Assembly: GCA_964016885.1 (NCBI GenBank)
Contig: OZ024740.1
Coordinates: 389,794,001 to 389,858,000, forward strand
Length of the DNA: 64,000 nucleotides
Reading direction: 5' to 3'
Origin: Eledone cirrhosa
Lineage: Eukaryota
In this document: in pieces, positions 36,901 to 51,200 of the stretch
How positions within the stretch are numbered: position 1 is the first letter of the stretch
Layout: each line of letters begins with the position of its first letter
The notes under the pieces: model-generated
Database searches by the model: none
What the model was told of the DNA's origin: nothing
Seen by the model: only the letters and a program-made list of their open reading frames with translations
Made by a program: the position numbers and the translations under genes

Positions 36901-39900
36901 GAGGTAGAACCTCTATTTATTCATGTTCTGTCGGAGTTAGAACCTCTATTTATTCATGTTCTGTCGGAGTTAGAACCTCTATTTATTCATGTTATGTCGG
37001 AGTTAGAACCTCTATTTATTCATGTTCTTTCGGAGTTAGAACCTCTATTTATTCATGTTCTGTCGGAGTTAGAATCTCTATTTATTCATGTTCTGTCGCA
37101 GTTAGAACCTCTATTTATTCATGTTCTGTCGCAGTTAGAACCTCTATTTATTCATGTTCTGTCGGAGTTAGAACCTCTGTTTATTCATGTTCTGTCGGAG
37201 TTAGAACCTCTTGTCGGAGTGAGAACCTCTATTTATTCATGTTCTTTCGGAGTTAGAACCTCTATTTATTCATATTCTGTCGCAGTTAGAACCTCTTGTC
37301 GGAGTCAGAACCTCTATTTATTCATGTTCTGTCGGAGTTAGAATTTCTACTTATTCATGTTCTGTCGGCGTCAGAACCTCTATTTATTCATGTTCTGTCG
37401 GCGTCAGAACCTCTATTTTTTCATGTTGTGTCGGAGTAAGAACCTCTATTTATTCATGTTCTGTCGCAGTTAGAACCTCTTGTCGGTGTTAGAACCTTAT
37501 TTTTTCATGTTCTGTCGGAGTTAGAACCCCTGTTTATTCATGTTCTGTCTGAGTTAGAACATCTATTTATTCATGTTCTGTCGGAGTCAGAACCTCTATT
37601 TATTTAGGTTCTGTCGGAGTTAGAACCTCTATTTATTCATGTTCTGTCGGAGTTAGAACCTCTGTTTATTCATGTTCTGTCGGAGTTAGAACCTCTTGTC
37701 GGAGTCAGAACCTCTATTTATTCATGTTCTGTCGGAGTTAGAACCTCTACTTATTCATGTTCTGTCGGCGTCAGAACCTCTATTTATTCATGTTCTGTCG
37801 GAGTCAGAACCTCTATTTATTCATGTTCTGTCGGAATCAGAACCTCTATTTATTCATGTCCTGTCGGAATCAGAACCTCTATTTATTCATGTTCTGTCGG
37901 AGTTAGAACATCTATTTATTCATGTTCTGTCGGAGTTAGAACCTCTGTTTATTCATGTTCTTTCGCAGTTAGAACCTCTATTTATTCATGTTCTATGGGA
38001 GTTAGAACCTCTGTTTATTCATGTTCTGTCGGAGTCAGAACCTCCATTTATTCATGTTCTGTCGGAGTTAGAACCTCTGTTTATTCATATTCTGTCGGAG
38101 TCTGAACCTCTATTTATTCATGTTCTGTCGGAGTTAGAACCTCTATTTATTCATGTTCTGTCGGAGTTAGAACCTCTATTTATTCATGTTCTGTCGGAGT
38201 TAGAACCTCTGTTTATTCATGTTCTGTCGGAGTTAGAACCTCTATTTATTCATGTTATGTCGGAGTTAGAACCTCTATTTATTCATGTTCTGTCGCAGTT
38301 AGAATCTCTATTTATTCATGTTCTGTCGGAGTAAGAATCCCTATTTATTCATGTTCTGTCGGAGTTAGAACTTCTATTTATTCATGTTCTGTCGGAGTTA
38401 GAACCTCTGTTTATTCATGTTCTGTCGCAGTTAGAACCTCTTGTCGGAGTTAGAACCTCTATTTATTCAAGTTCTGTCTGAGTTAGAACCTCTATTTATT
38501 CATGTTATGTCGGAGTTAGAACCTCTATTTATTCATGTTCTGTCGCAGTTAGAATCTCTATTTATTCATGTTCTGTCGGAGTAAGAATCCCTATTTATTC
38601 ATGTTCTGTCGGAGTTAGAACTTCTATTTATTCATGTTCTGTCGGAGTTAGAACCTCTATTTATTCATGTTCTGTCGGAGTTAGAACCTCTGTTTATTCA
38701 TGTTCTGTCGCAGTTAGAACCTCTATTTATTCATGTTCTGTCGGAGTTAGAACCTATGTTTATTCATGTTCTATCGGAGTTAGAACCTCTGTTTATTCAT
38801 GTTCTTTCGAAGTTAGAACCTCTATTTATTCATGTTCTGTCGCAGTTAGAACCTCTTGTCGGAGGTAGAACCTCTATTTATTCATGTTCTGTCGGAGTTA
38901 GAACCTCTATTTATTCATGTTCTGTCGGAGTTAGAACCTCTATTTATTCATGTTATGTCGGAGTTAGAACCTCTATTTATTCATGTTCTTTCGGAGTTAG
39001 AACCTCTATTTATTCATGTTCTGTCGGAGTTAGAACCTCTACTTATTCATGTTCTGTCGGCGTCAGAACCTCTATTTATTCATGTTCTGTCGGAGTCAGA
39101 ACCTCTATTTATTCATGTTCTGTCGGAATCAGAACCTCTATTTATTCATGTCCTGTCGGAATCAGAACCTCTATTTATTCATGTTCTGTCGGAGTTAGAA
39201 CATCTATTTATTCATGTTCTGTCGGAGTTAGAACCTCTGTTTATTCATGTTCTTTCGCAGTTAGAACCTCTATTTATTCATGTTCTATGGGAGTTAGAAC
39301 CTCTGTTTATTCATGTTCTGTCGGAGTCAGAACCTCCATTTATTCATGTTCTGTCGGAGTGAGAACGTCTGTTTATTCATGTTCTTTCGGAGTTAGAACC
39401 TCTGTTTATTCATATTCTGTCGGAGTCTGAACCTCTATTTATTCATGTTCTGTCGGAGTTAGAACCTCTATTTATTCATGTTCTGTCGGAGTTAGAACCT
39501 CTGTTTATTCATGTTCTGTCGGAGTTAGAACCTCTATTTATTCATGTTATGTCGGAGTTAGAACCTCTATTTATTCATGTTCTGTCGCAGTTAGAATCTC
39601 TATTTATTCATGTTCTGTCGGAGTAAGAATCCCTATTTATTCATGTTCTGTCGGAGTTAGAACTTCTATTTATTCATGTTCTGTCGGAGTTAGAACCTCT
39701 GTTTATTCATGTTCTGTCGCAGTTAGAACCTCTTGTCGGAGTTAGAACCTCTATTTATTCAAGTTCTGTCTGAGTTAGAACCTCTATTTATTCATGTTAT
39801 GTCGGAGTTAGAACCTCTATTTATTCATGTTCTGTCGCAGTTAGAATCTCTATTTATTCATGTTCTGTCGGAGTAAGAATCCCTATTTATTCATGTTCTG

Positions 39901-42900
39901 TCGGAGTTAGAACTTCTATTTATTCATGTTCTGTCGGAGTTAGAACCTCTATTTATTCATGTTCTGTCGGAGTTAGAACCTCTGTTTATTCATGTTCCGT
40001 CGCAGTTAGAACCTCTATTTATTCATGTTCTGTCGGAGTTAGAACCTATGTTTATTCATGTTCTATCGGAGTTAGAACCTCTGTTTATTCATGTTCTTTC
40101 GAAGTTAGAACCTCTATTTATTCATGTTCTGTCGCAGTTAGAACCTCTTGTCGGAGGTAGAACCTCTATTTATTCATGTTCTGTCGGAGTTAGAACCTCT
40201 ATTTATTCATGTTCTGTCGGAGTTAGAACCTCTATTTATTCATGTTATGTCGGAGTTAGAACCTCTATTTATTCATGTTCTTTCGGAGTTAGAACCTCTA
40301 TTTATTCATGTTCTGTCGGAGTTAGAATCTCTATTTATTCATGTTCTGTCGCAGTTAGAATCTCTATTTATTCATGTTCTGTCGGAGTAAGAATCCCTAT
40401 TTATTCATGTTCTGTCGAAGTTAGAATTTCTATTTATTCATGTTCTGTCGGAGTTAGAACCTCTGTTTATTCATGTTCTGTCGCAGTTAGAACCTCTTGT
40501 CGGAGTTAGAACCCCTATTTATTTATGTTCTGTCGGAGTTAGAAGCTCTGTTTATTCATGTTCTTTCGGAGTTAGAACCTCTATTGATTCATGTTCTGTC
40601 GCAGTTAGAACCTCCTGTCGGAGTTAGAACCTCTATTTATTCATGTTCTGTCGGAGTTAGAACCTCTGTTTATTCATGTTCTGTTGCAGTTAGAACCTCT
40701 ATTTATTCATGTTCTGTCGGAGTTAGAACCTCTATTTATTCATGTTCTGTCGGAGTTAGAACCTCTATTTATTCATGTTCTGTCGGAGTAAGAACCTCTA
40801 TTTATTCATGTTCTATCGGAGTTAGAACCTCTGTTTATTCATGGTCTTTCGGAGTTAGAACCTCTATTTATTCATGTTCTGTCGGAGTTAGAACCTCTAT
40901 TTATTCATGTTCTGTCGCAGTTAGAACCTCTATTTATTCATTTTCTGTCGAACTTAGAACCTCTATTTATTCATGTTCTGTCGGAGTTAGAACCTTTATT
41001 TATTCATGTTCTGTCGGAGTTAGAACCTCTGTTTATTCATGTTCTGTCGGAGTGAGAACCTCTATTTATTCATGTTCTGTCGGAGTTAGAACCTTGTTTT
41101 TCATGTTCTGTCGGAGTTAGAACCTCTGTTTATTCATGTTCTGTCGGAGTTAGAACCTCTTGTCGGAGTGAGAACCTCTATTTATTCATGTTCTTTCGGA
41201 GTTAGAACCTCTATTTATACATATTCTATCGCAGTTAGAACCTCTATTTATTCAATATCTGTCGCAGTTAGAACCTCTTGTCGGAGTCAGAACCTCTATT
41301 TATTCATGTTCTGTCGGAGTTAGAACCTCTATTTATTCATGTTCTGTCGGAGTCAGAACCTCTATTTATTCATGTTCTGTCGGAGTTAGAACCTCTGTTT
41401 ATTCATGTTCTTTCGGAGTTAGAACCTCTGTTTATTCATATTCTGTCGGAGTCAGGACCTCTATTTATTCATGTTCTGTCGGAGTTAGAACCTCTATTTA
41501 TTCATGTTCTGTCGGAGTTAGAACCTCTATTTATTCATGTTCTTTCGGAGTTAGAACCTCTATTTATTCATGTTCTGTCGGAGTTAGAATCTCTATTTAT
41601 TCATGTTCTGTCGCAGTTAGAACCTCTATTTATTCATTTTCTGTCGCAGTTAGAACCTCTATTTATTCATGTTCTGTCGGAGTTAGAACCTCTGTTTATT
41701 CATGTTCTGTCGGAGTGAGAACCTCTATTTATTCATGTTCTGTCGGAGTTAGAACCTCTGTTTATTCATGTTCTGTCGGAGTTAGAACCTCTTGTCGGAG
41801 TCAGAACCTCTATTTATTCATGTTCTGTCGGAGTTAGAACCTCTACTTATTCATGTTCTGTCGGCGTCAGAACCTCTATTTATTCATGTTCTGTCGGAGT
41901 CAGAACCTCTATTTATTCATGTTCTGTCGGAATCAGAACCTCTATTTATTCATGTCCTGTCGGAATCAGAACCTCTATTTATTCATGTTCTGTCGGAGTT
42001 AGAACATCTATTTATTCATGTTCTGTCGGAGTTAGAACCTCTGTTTATTCATGTTCTTTCGCAGTTAGAACCTCTATTTATTCATGTTCTATGGGAGTTA
42101 GAACCTCTGTTTATTCATGTTCTGTCGGAGTCAGAACCTCCATTTATTCATGTTCTGTCGGAGTGAGAACCTCTGTTTATTCATGTTCTGTCGGAGTTAG
42201 AACCTCTGTTTATTCATGTTCTGTCGGAGTTAGAACCTCTATTTATTCATGTTATGTCGGAGTTAGAACCTCTATTTATTCATGTTCTGTCGCAGTTAGA
42301 ATCTCTATTTATTCATGTTCTGTCGGAGTAAGAATCCCTATTTATTCATGTTCTGTCGGAGTTAGAACTTCTATTTATTCATGTTCTGTCGGAGTTAGAA
42401 CCTCTGTTTATTCATGTTCTGTCGCAGTTAGAACCTCTTGTCGGAGTTAGAACCTCTATTTATTCAAGTTCTGTCTGAGTTAGAACCTCTATTTATTCAT
42501 GTTATGTCGGAGTTAGAACCTCTATTTATTCATGTTCTGTCGCAGTTAGAATCTCTATTTATTCATGTTCTGTCGGAGTAAGAATCCCTATTTATTCATG
42601 TTCTGTCGGAGTTAGAACTTCTATTTATTCATGTTCTGTCGGAGTTAGAACCTCTATTTATTCATGTTCTGTCGGAGTTAGAACCTCTGTTTATTCATGT
42701 TCTGTCGCAGTTAGAACCTCTATTTATTCATGTTCTGTCGGAGTTAGAACCTATGTTTATTCATATTCTGTCGGAGTCAGGACCTCTATTTATTCATGTT
42801 CTGTCGGAGTTAGAACCTCTATTTATTCATGTTCTGTCGGAGTTAGAACCTCTATTTATTCATGTTCTTTCGGAGTTAGAACCTCTATTTATTCATGTTC

Positions 42901-45900
42901 TGTCGGAGTTAGAATCTCTATTTATTCATGTTCTGTCGCAGTTAGAACCTCTATTTATTCATTTTCTGTCGCAGTTAGAACCTCTATTTATTCATGTTCT
43001 GTCGGAGTTAGAACCTCTGTTTATTCATGTTCTGTCGGAGTGAGAACCTCTATTTATTCATGTTCTGTCGGAGTTAGAACCTCTGTTTATTCATGTTCTG
43101 TCGGAGTTAGAACCTCTTGTCGGAGTCAGAACCTCTATTTATTCATGTTCTGTCGGAGTTAGAACCTCTACTTATTCATGTTCTGTCGGCGTCAGAACCT
43201 CTATTTATTCATGTTCTGTCGGAGTCAGAACCTCTATTTATTCATGTTCTGTCGGAATCAGAACCTCTATTTATTCATGTCCTGTCGGAATCAGAACCTC
43301 TATTTATTCATGTTCTGTCGGAGTTAGAACATCTATTTATTCATGTTCTGTCGGAGTTAGAACCTCTGTTTATTCATGTTCTTTCGCAGTTAGAACCTCT
43401 ATTTATTCATGTTCTATGGGAGTTAGAACCTCTGTTTATTCATGTTCTGTCGGAGTCAGAACCTCCATTTATTCATGTTCTGTCGGAGTGAGAACCTCTG
43501 TTTATTCATGTTCTGTCGGAGTCTGAACCTCTATTTATTCATGTTCTGTCGGAGTTAGAACCTCTATTTATTCATATTCTGTCGGAGTTAGAACCTCTGT
43601 TTATTCATGTTCTGTCGGAGTTAGAACCTCTATTTATTCATGTTATGTCGGAGTTAGAACCTCTATTTATTCATGTTCTGTCGCAGTTAGAATCTCTATT
43701 TATTCATGTTCTGTCGGAGTAAGAATCCCTATTTATTCATGTTCTGTCGGAGTTAGAACTTCTATTTATTCATGTTCTGTCGGAGTTAGAACCTCTGTTT
43801 ATTTATGTTCTGTCGCAGTTAGAACCTCTTGTCGGAGTTAGAACCTCTATTTATTCAAGTTCTGTCTGAGTTAGAACCTCTATTTATTCATGTTATGTCG
43901 GAGTTAGAACCTCTATTTATTCATGTTCTGTCGCAGTTAGAATCTCTATTTATTCATGTTCTGTCGGAGTAAGAATCCCTATTTATTCATGTTCTGTCGG
44001 AGTTAGAACTTCTATTTATTCATGTTCTGTCGGAGTTAGAACCTCTATTTATTCATGTTCTGTCGGAGTTAGAACCTCTGTTTATTCATGTTCTGTCGCA
44101 GTTAGAACCTCTATTTATTCATGTTCTGTCGGAGTTAGAACCTATGTTTATTCATGTTCTATCGGAGTTAGAACCTCTGTTTATTCATGTTCTTTCGAAG
44201 TTAGAACCTCTATTTATTCATGTTCTGTCGCAGTTAGAACCTCTTGTCGGAGGTAGAACCTCTATTTATTCATGTTCTGTCGGAGTTAGAACCTCTATTT
44301 ATTCATGTTCTGTCGGAGTTAGAACCTCTATTTATTCATGTTATGTCGGAGTTAGAACCTCTATTTATTCATGTTCTTTCGGAGTTAGAACCTCTATTTA
44401 TTCATGTTCTGTCGGAGTTAGAATCTCTATTTATTCATGTTCTGTCGCAGTTAGAACCTCTATTTATTCATGTTCTGTCGCAGTTAGAACCTCTATTTAT
44501 TCATGTTCTGTCGGAGTTAGAACCTCTGTTTATTCATGTTCTGTCGGAGTTAGAACCTCTTGTCGGAGTGAGAACCTCTATTTATTCATGTTCTTTCGGA
44601 GTTAGAACCTCTATTTATTCATATTCTGTCGCAGTTAGAACCTCTTGTCGGAGTCAGAACCTCTATTTATTCATGTTCTGTCGGAGTTAGAATTTCTACT
44701 TATTCATGTTCTGTCGGCGTCAGAACCTCTATTTATTCATGTTCTGTCGGCGTCAGAACCTCTATTTTTTCATGTTGTGTCGGAGTAAGAACCTCTATTT
44801 ATTCATGTTCTGTCGCAGTTAGAACCTCTTGTCGGTGTTAGAACCTTATTTTTTCATGTTCTGTCGGAGTCAGAACCTCTATTTATTTAGGTTCTGTCGG
44901 AGTTAGAACCTCTATTTATTCATGTTCTGTCGGAGTTAGAACCTCTGTTTATTCATGTTCTGTCGGAGTTAGAACCTCTTGTCGGAGTCAGAACCTCTAT
45001 TTATTCATGTTCTGTCGGAGTTAGAACCTCTACTTATTCATGTTCTGTCGGCGTCAGAACCTCTATTTATTCATGTTCTGTCGGAGTCAGAACCTCTATT
45101 TATTCATGTTCTGTCGGAATCAGAACCTCTATTTATTCATGTCCTGTCGGAATCAGAACCTCTATTTATTCATGTTCTGTCGGAGTTAGAACATCTATTT
45201 ATTCATGTTCTGTCGGAGTTAGAACCTCTGTTTATTCATGTTCTTTCGCAGTTAGAACCTCTATTTATTCATGTTCTATGGGAGTTAGAACCTCTGTTTA
45301 TTCATGTTCTGTCGGAGTCAGAACCTCCATTTATTCATGTTCTGTCGGAGTGAGAACCTCTGTTTATTCATGTTCTTTCGGAGTTAGAACCTCTGTTTAT
45401 TCATATTCTGTCGGAGTCTGAACCTCTATTTATTCATGTTCTGTCGGAGTTAGAACCTCTATTTATTCATGTTCTGTCGGAGTTAGAACCTCTGTTTATT
45501 CATGTTCTGTCGGAGTTAGAACCTCTATTTATTCATGTTATGTCGGAGTTAGAACCTCTATTTATTCATGTTCTGTCGCAGTTAGAATCTCTATTTATTC
45601 ATGTTCTGTCGGAGTAAGAATCCCTATTTATTCATGTTCTGTCGGAGTTAGAACTTCTATTTATTCATGTTCTGTCGGAGTTAGAACCTCTGTTTATTCA
45701 TGTTCTGTCGCAGTTAGAACCTCTTGTCGGAGTTAGAACCTCTATTTATTCATGTTCTGTCGGAGTTAGAACCTCTACTTATTCATGTTCTGTCGGCGTC
45801 AGAACCTCTATTTATTCATGTTCTGTCTGAGTTAGAACCTCTATTTATTCATGTTATGTCGGAGTTAGAACCTCTATTTATTCATGTTCTGTCGGAGTAA

Positions 45901-46500
45901 GAATCCCTATTTATTCATGTTCTGTCGGAGTTAGAACTTCTATTTATTCATGTTCTGTCGGAGTTAGAACCTCTATTTATTCATGTTCTGTCGGAGTTAG
46001 AACCTCTGTTTATTCATGTTCTGTCGCAGTTAGAACCTCTATTTATTCATGTTCTGTCGGAGTTAGAACCTATGTTTATTCATGTTCTATCGGAGTTAGA
46101 ACCTCTGTTTATTCATGTTCTTTCGAAGTTAGAACCTCTATTTATTCATGTTCTGTCGCAGTTAGAACCTCTTGTCGGAGGTAGAACCTCTATTTATTCA
46201 TGTTCTGTCGGAGTTAGAACCTCTATTTATTCATGTTCTGTCGGAGTTAGAACCTCTATTTATTCATGTTATGTCGGAGTTAGAACCTCTATTTATTCAT
46301 GTTCTTTCGGAGTTAGAACCTCTATTTATTCATGTTCTGTCGGAGTTAGAATCTCTATTTATTCATGTTCTGTCGCAGTTAGAACCTCTATTTATTCATG
46401 TTCTGTCGCAGTTAGAACCTCTATTTATTCATGTTCTGTCGGAGTTAGAACCTCTGTTTATTCATGTTCTGTCGGAGTTAGAACCTCTTGTCGGAGTGAG
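30940..46500. repeat. Domain of modular higher-order repeats with 2,804-bp and 1,862-bp spacings and 5,958/7,283-bp long-range matches
   Basis: The module CTACTT...GGCGTCAG...GGAATCAG x2...TTCGCAG...TGGGAG starts at 30990, 33081, 35885, 37747, 39039, 41843, 43168 and 45030. ORF-track offsets are 31735 to 34539 (2804) and 34539 to 40497 (5958). Confidence 0.88.
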
Positions 46501-48030
46501 AACCTCTATTTATTCAGGTTCTGTCGGAGTTAGAATCTCTACTTATTCATGTTCTGTCGGCGTCAGAACCTCTATTTATTCATGTTCTGTCGGCGTCAGA
46601 ACCTCTATTTTTTCATGTTGTGTCGGAGTAAGAACCTCTATTTATTCATGTTCTGTCGCAGTTAGAACCTCTTGTCGGTGTTAGAACCTTATTTTTTCAT
46701 GTTCTGTCGGAGTTAGAACCCCTGTTTATTCATGTTCTGTCTGAGTTAGAACATCTATTTATTCATGTTCTGTCGGAGTCAGAACCTCTATTTATTTAGG
46801 TTCTGTCGGAGTTAGAACCTCTATTTATTCATGTTCTGTCGGAGTTAGAACATCTATTTATTCATGTTCTGTCGCAGTTAGAACCTCTGTTTATTCATGT
46901 TCTGTCGGAGTTAGAACCTCTTGTCGGAGTTAGAACCTCTATTTATTCATGTTCTTTCGGAGTTAGAACCTCTATTTATTCATGTTCTGTCGCAGTTAGA
47001 ACCTCTATTTATTCATGTTCTGTCGCAGTTAGAACCTCTTGTCGGAGTCAGAACCTCTATATATTCATGTTCCGTCGGAGTTAGAACCGCTGTTTATTCA
47101 TGTTCTGTCGGAATCAGAACCTCTATTTATTCATGTTCTGTCGGAGTTAAAACCTCTGTTTATTCATGTTCTGTCGCAGTTAGAACCTCTATTTATTCAT
47201 GTTCTGTCGCAGTTAGAACCTCTATTTATTCATGTTCTGTCGGAGTTAGAACCTCTGTTTATTCATGTTCTGTCGGAGTTAGAACCTCTTGTCGGAGTGA
47301 GAACCTCTATTTATTCATGTTCTTTCGGAGTTAGAACCTCTATTTATTCATATTCTGTCGCAGTTAGAACCTCTTGTCGGAGTCAGAACCTCTATTTATT
47401 CATGTTCTGTCGGAGTTAGAATCTCTACTTATTCATGTTCTGTCGGCGTCAGAACCTCTATTTATTCATGTTCTGTCGGCGTCAGAACCTCTATTTTTTC
47501 ATGTTGTGTCGGAGTAAGAACCTCTATTTATTCATGTTCTGTCGCAGTTAGAACCTCTTGTCGGTGTTAGAACCTTATTTTTTCATGTTCTGTCGGAGTT
47601 AGAACCCCTGTTTATTCATGTTCTGTCTGAGTTAGAACATCTATTTATTCATGTTCTGTCGGAGTCAGAACCTCTATTTATTTAGGTTCTGTCGGAGTTA
47701 GAACCTCTATTTATTCATGTTCTGTCGGAGTTAGAACATCTATTTATTCATGTTCTGTCGCAGTTAGAACCTCTGTTTATTCATGTTCTGTCGGAGTTAG
47801 AACCTCTTGTCGGAGTTAGAACCTCTATTTATTCATGTTCTTTCGGAGTTAGAACCTCTATTTATTCATGTTCTGTCGCAGTTAGAACCTCTATTTATTC
47901 ATGTTCTGTCGCAGTTAGAACCTCTTGTCGGAGTCAGAACCTCTATATATTCATGTTCCGTCGGAGTTAGAACCGCTGTTTATTCATGTTCTGTCGGAAT
48001 CAGAACCTCTATTTATTCATGTTCTGTCGG
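46360..48030. repeat. 886-bp tandem duplication
   Basis: GTTGTGTCGGAGTAAG at about 46617 and 47503. ORF-track offsets 46921 to 47807 and 47039 to 47925 are both 886. Confidence 0.85.
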
Positions 48031-48299
48031 AATCAGAACCTCTATTTATTCATCTTCTGACGGAGTTAGAACCTCTATTTATTCATGTTCTCTCGGAGTT
48101 AGAACCTCTGTTTATTCATGTTCTGTCGTAGTCAGAACCTCTATTTATTCGTGTTCTATCGGAGTGAGAACCTCTGTTTATTCATGTTCTGTCGGAGTTA
48201 GAACCTCCGTTTATTCATGTTCTTTCGGAGTTAGAACCTCTGTTTATTCATATTCTGTCGGAGTTAGAACCTCTATTTATTCATGTTCTGTCCGAGTTA

Positions 48300-51200
48300 G
48301 AACCTCTATTTATTCATGTTCTGTCGGAGTTAGAAGCTCTATTTATTCATGTTCTTTCGGAGTTAGAACCTCTATTTATTCATGTTCTGTCGGAGTTAAA
48401 ACCTCTGTTTATTCATGTTCTGTCGGAGTTAGAACCTCTTGTCGGAATCAGAACCTCTATTTATTCATGTTCTGTCGGAGTTAGAACCTCTATTTATTCA
48501 TGTTCTGTCGGAGTTAGAACCTCTGTTTATTCATGTTCTTTCGGAGTTAGAACCTCTATTTATTCATGTTCTGTCGCAGTTAGAACCTCTTGTCGGAGTT
48601 AGAACCTCTATTTATTCATGTTCTGTCGGAGTTAGAACCTCTATTTATTCATGTTATGTCGGAGTTAGAACCTCTATTTATTGATGTTCTGTCGCAGTTA
48701 GAATCTCGATTTATTCATGTTCTATCGGGGTTAGAACCTCTGTTTATTCATGTACTTTCGGAGTTATAACCTCTATTTATTCATGTTCTGTCGCAGTTAG
48801 AACCTCTATTTATTCATGTTCTGTCGCAGTTAGAACCTCTATTTATTCATGTTCTGTCGCAGTTAAAACCTCTATTTATTCATGTTCTGTCGGAGTTAGA
48901 ACCTCTATTTATTCATTTTCTGTCGGAGTTAGAACCTCTATTTATTCATGTTCTGTCGGAGTTAGAACCTCTATTTATTCATGTTATGTCGGAGTTAGAA
49001 CCTCTATTTATTGATGTTCTGTCGCAGTTAGAACCTCTATTTATTCATGTTCTGTCGGAGTTACAACCTCTGTTTATTCATGTTCTGTCTGAGTTAGAAC
49101 ATCTATTTATTCATGTTCTGTCGGAGTTAGAACCTCTATTTATTCATGTTCTGTCGCAGTTAGAACCTCTGTTTATTCATGTTCTGTCGGAGTTAGAACC
49201 TCTATTTATTCATGTTCTGTCAGAGTTAGAACCTCTATTTATTCATGTTCTGTCGGTGTTAGAACCTCTATTTATTCATGTTCTGTCGGAGTTAGAAGCT
49301 CTATTTATTCATGTTCTGTCGCAGTTAGAACCTCTATTTATTCATGTTCTATCGGAGTTAGAACCTCTGTTTATTCATGTTCTGTCGGAGTTAGAACATC
49401 TATTTATTCATGTTCTGTCGCAGTTAAAACCTCTGTTTATTCATGTTCTGTCGGAGTTAGAACCTCTTGTCGGAATCAGAACCTCTATTTATTCATGTTC
49501 TGTCGGAGTTAGAACCTCTATTTATTCATGTTCTGTCGGTGTTAGAACCTCTGTTTATTCATGTTCTTTCGGAGTTAGAACCTCTGTTTATTCATGTTCT
49601 TTCGGAGTTAGAACCTCTGTTTATTCATGTTCTGTCGCAGTTAGAACCTCTTGTCGGAGTTAGAACCTCTATTTATTCATGTTCTGTCGGAGTTAGAACC
49701 TCTATTTATTCATGTTATGTCGGAGTTAGAACCTCAATTTATTGATGTTCTGTGGCAGTTAGAACCTCTATTTATTCATGTTCTATCAGAGTCAGAACCT
49801 CTATTTATTCATGTTCAATCGGAGTTAGAACCTCTGTTTATTCATGTTCTTTCGGAGTTAGAACCTCTATTTATTCATGTTCTGTCGCAGTTAGAACCTC
49901 TATTTATTCATGTTCTGTCGCAGTTAGAACCTCTATTTATTCATGTTCTGTCGCAGTTAGAACCTCTATTTATTCATGTTCTGTCGGAGTTAGAACCTCT
50001 GTTTATTCATGTTCTGTCGGAGTGAGAACCTCTATTTATTCATTTTCTGTCGGAGCTAGAACCTTATTTTTTCATGTTCTGTCGGAGTTAGAACCTCTGT
50101 TTATTCATGTTCTGTCTGAGTTAGAACATCTATATGTTCATGTTCTGTCGGAGTTAGAACATCTATTTATTCATGTTCTGTCGCAGTTAGAACGTCTGTT
50201 TATTCATGTTCTGTCGGAGTTATAACCTCTTGTCGGAGTCAGAACCTCTATTTATTCATGTTCTGTCGGAGTTAGAACCTCTATTTATTCATGTTCTGTC
50301 GCAGTTAGAACCTCTATTTATTCAATATCTCTCGCAGTTAGAACCTCTTGTCGGAGTCAGAACCTCTATATATTCATGTTCCGTCGGAGTTAGAACCGCT
50401 GTTTATTCATGTTCTGTCGGAATCAGAACCTCTATTTATTCATGTTCTTTCGGAGTTAGAACCTCTGTTTATTCATATTCTGTCGGAGTCAGAACCTCTA
50501 TTTATTCATGTTCTGTCGGAGTTAGAACCTCTATTTATTCATGTTCTGTCGGAGTTAGAACCTCTACTTATTCATGTTCTGTCGCAGTTAGAACCTCTAA
50601 TTATTCATGTTCTGTCGGAGTTAGAACCTCTGTTTATTCATGTTCTGTCGGAGTGAGAACCTCTATTTATTCATGTTCTGTCGGAGTTAGAAGCTCTATT
50701 TATTCATGTTCTTTCGGAGTTAGAACCTCTATTTATTCATGTTCTGTCGGAGTTAAAACCTCTGTTTATTCATGTTCTGTCGGAGTTAGAACCTCTTGTC
50801 GGAATCAGAACCTCTATTTATTCATGTTCTGTCGGAGTTAGAACCTCTATTTATTCATGTTCTGTCGGAGTTAGAACCTCTGTTTATTCATGTTCTTTCG
50901 GAGTTAGAACCTCTATTTATTCATGTTCTGTCGCAGTTAGAACCTCTTGTCGGAGTTAGAACCTCTATTTATTCATGTTCTGTCGGAGTTAGAACCTCTA
51001 TTTATTCATGTTATGTCGGAGTTAGAACCTCTATTTATTGATGTTCTGTCGCAGTTAGAACCTCGATTTATTCATGTTCTGTCGGAGTAAGAACCTCTAT
51101 TTATTCATGTTCTATCGGAGTTAGAACCTCTGTTTATTCATGTACTTTCGGAGTTATAACCTCTATTTATTCATGTTCTGTCGCAGTTAGAACCTCTATT

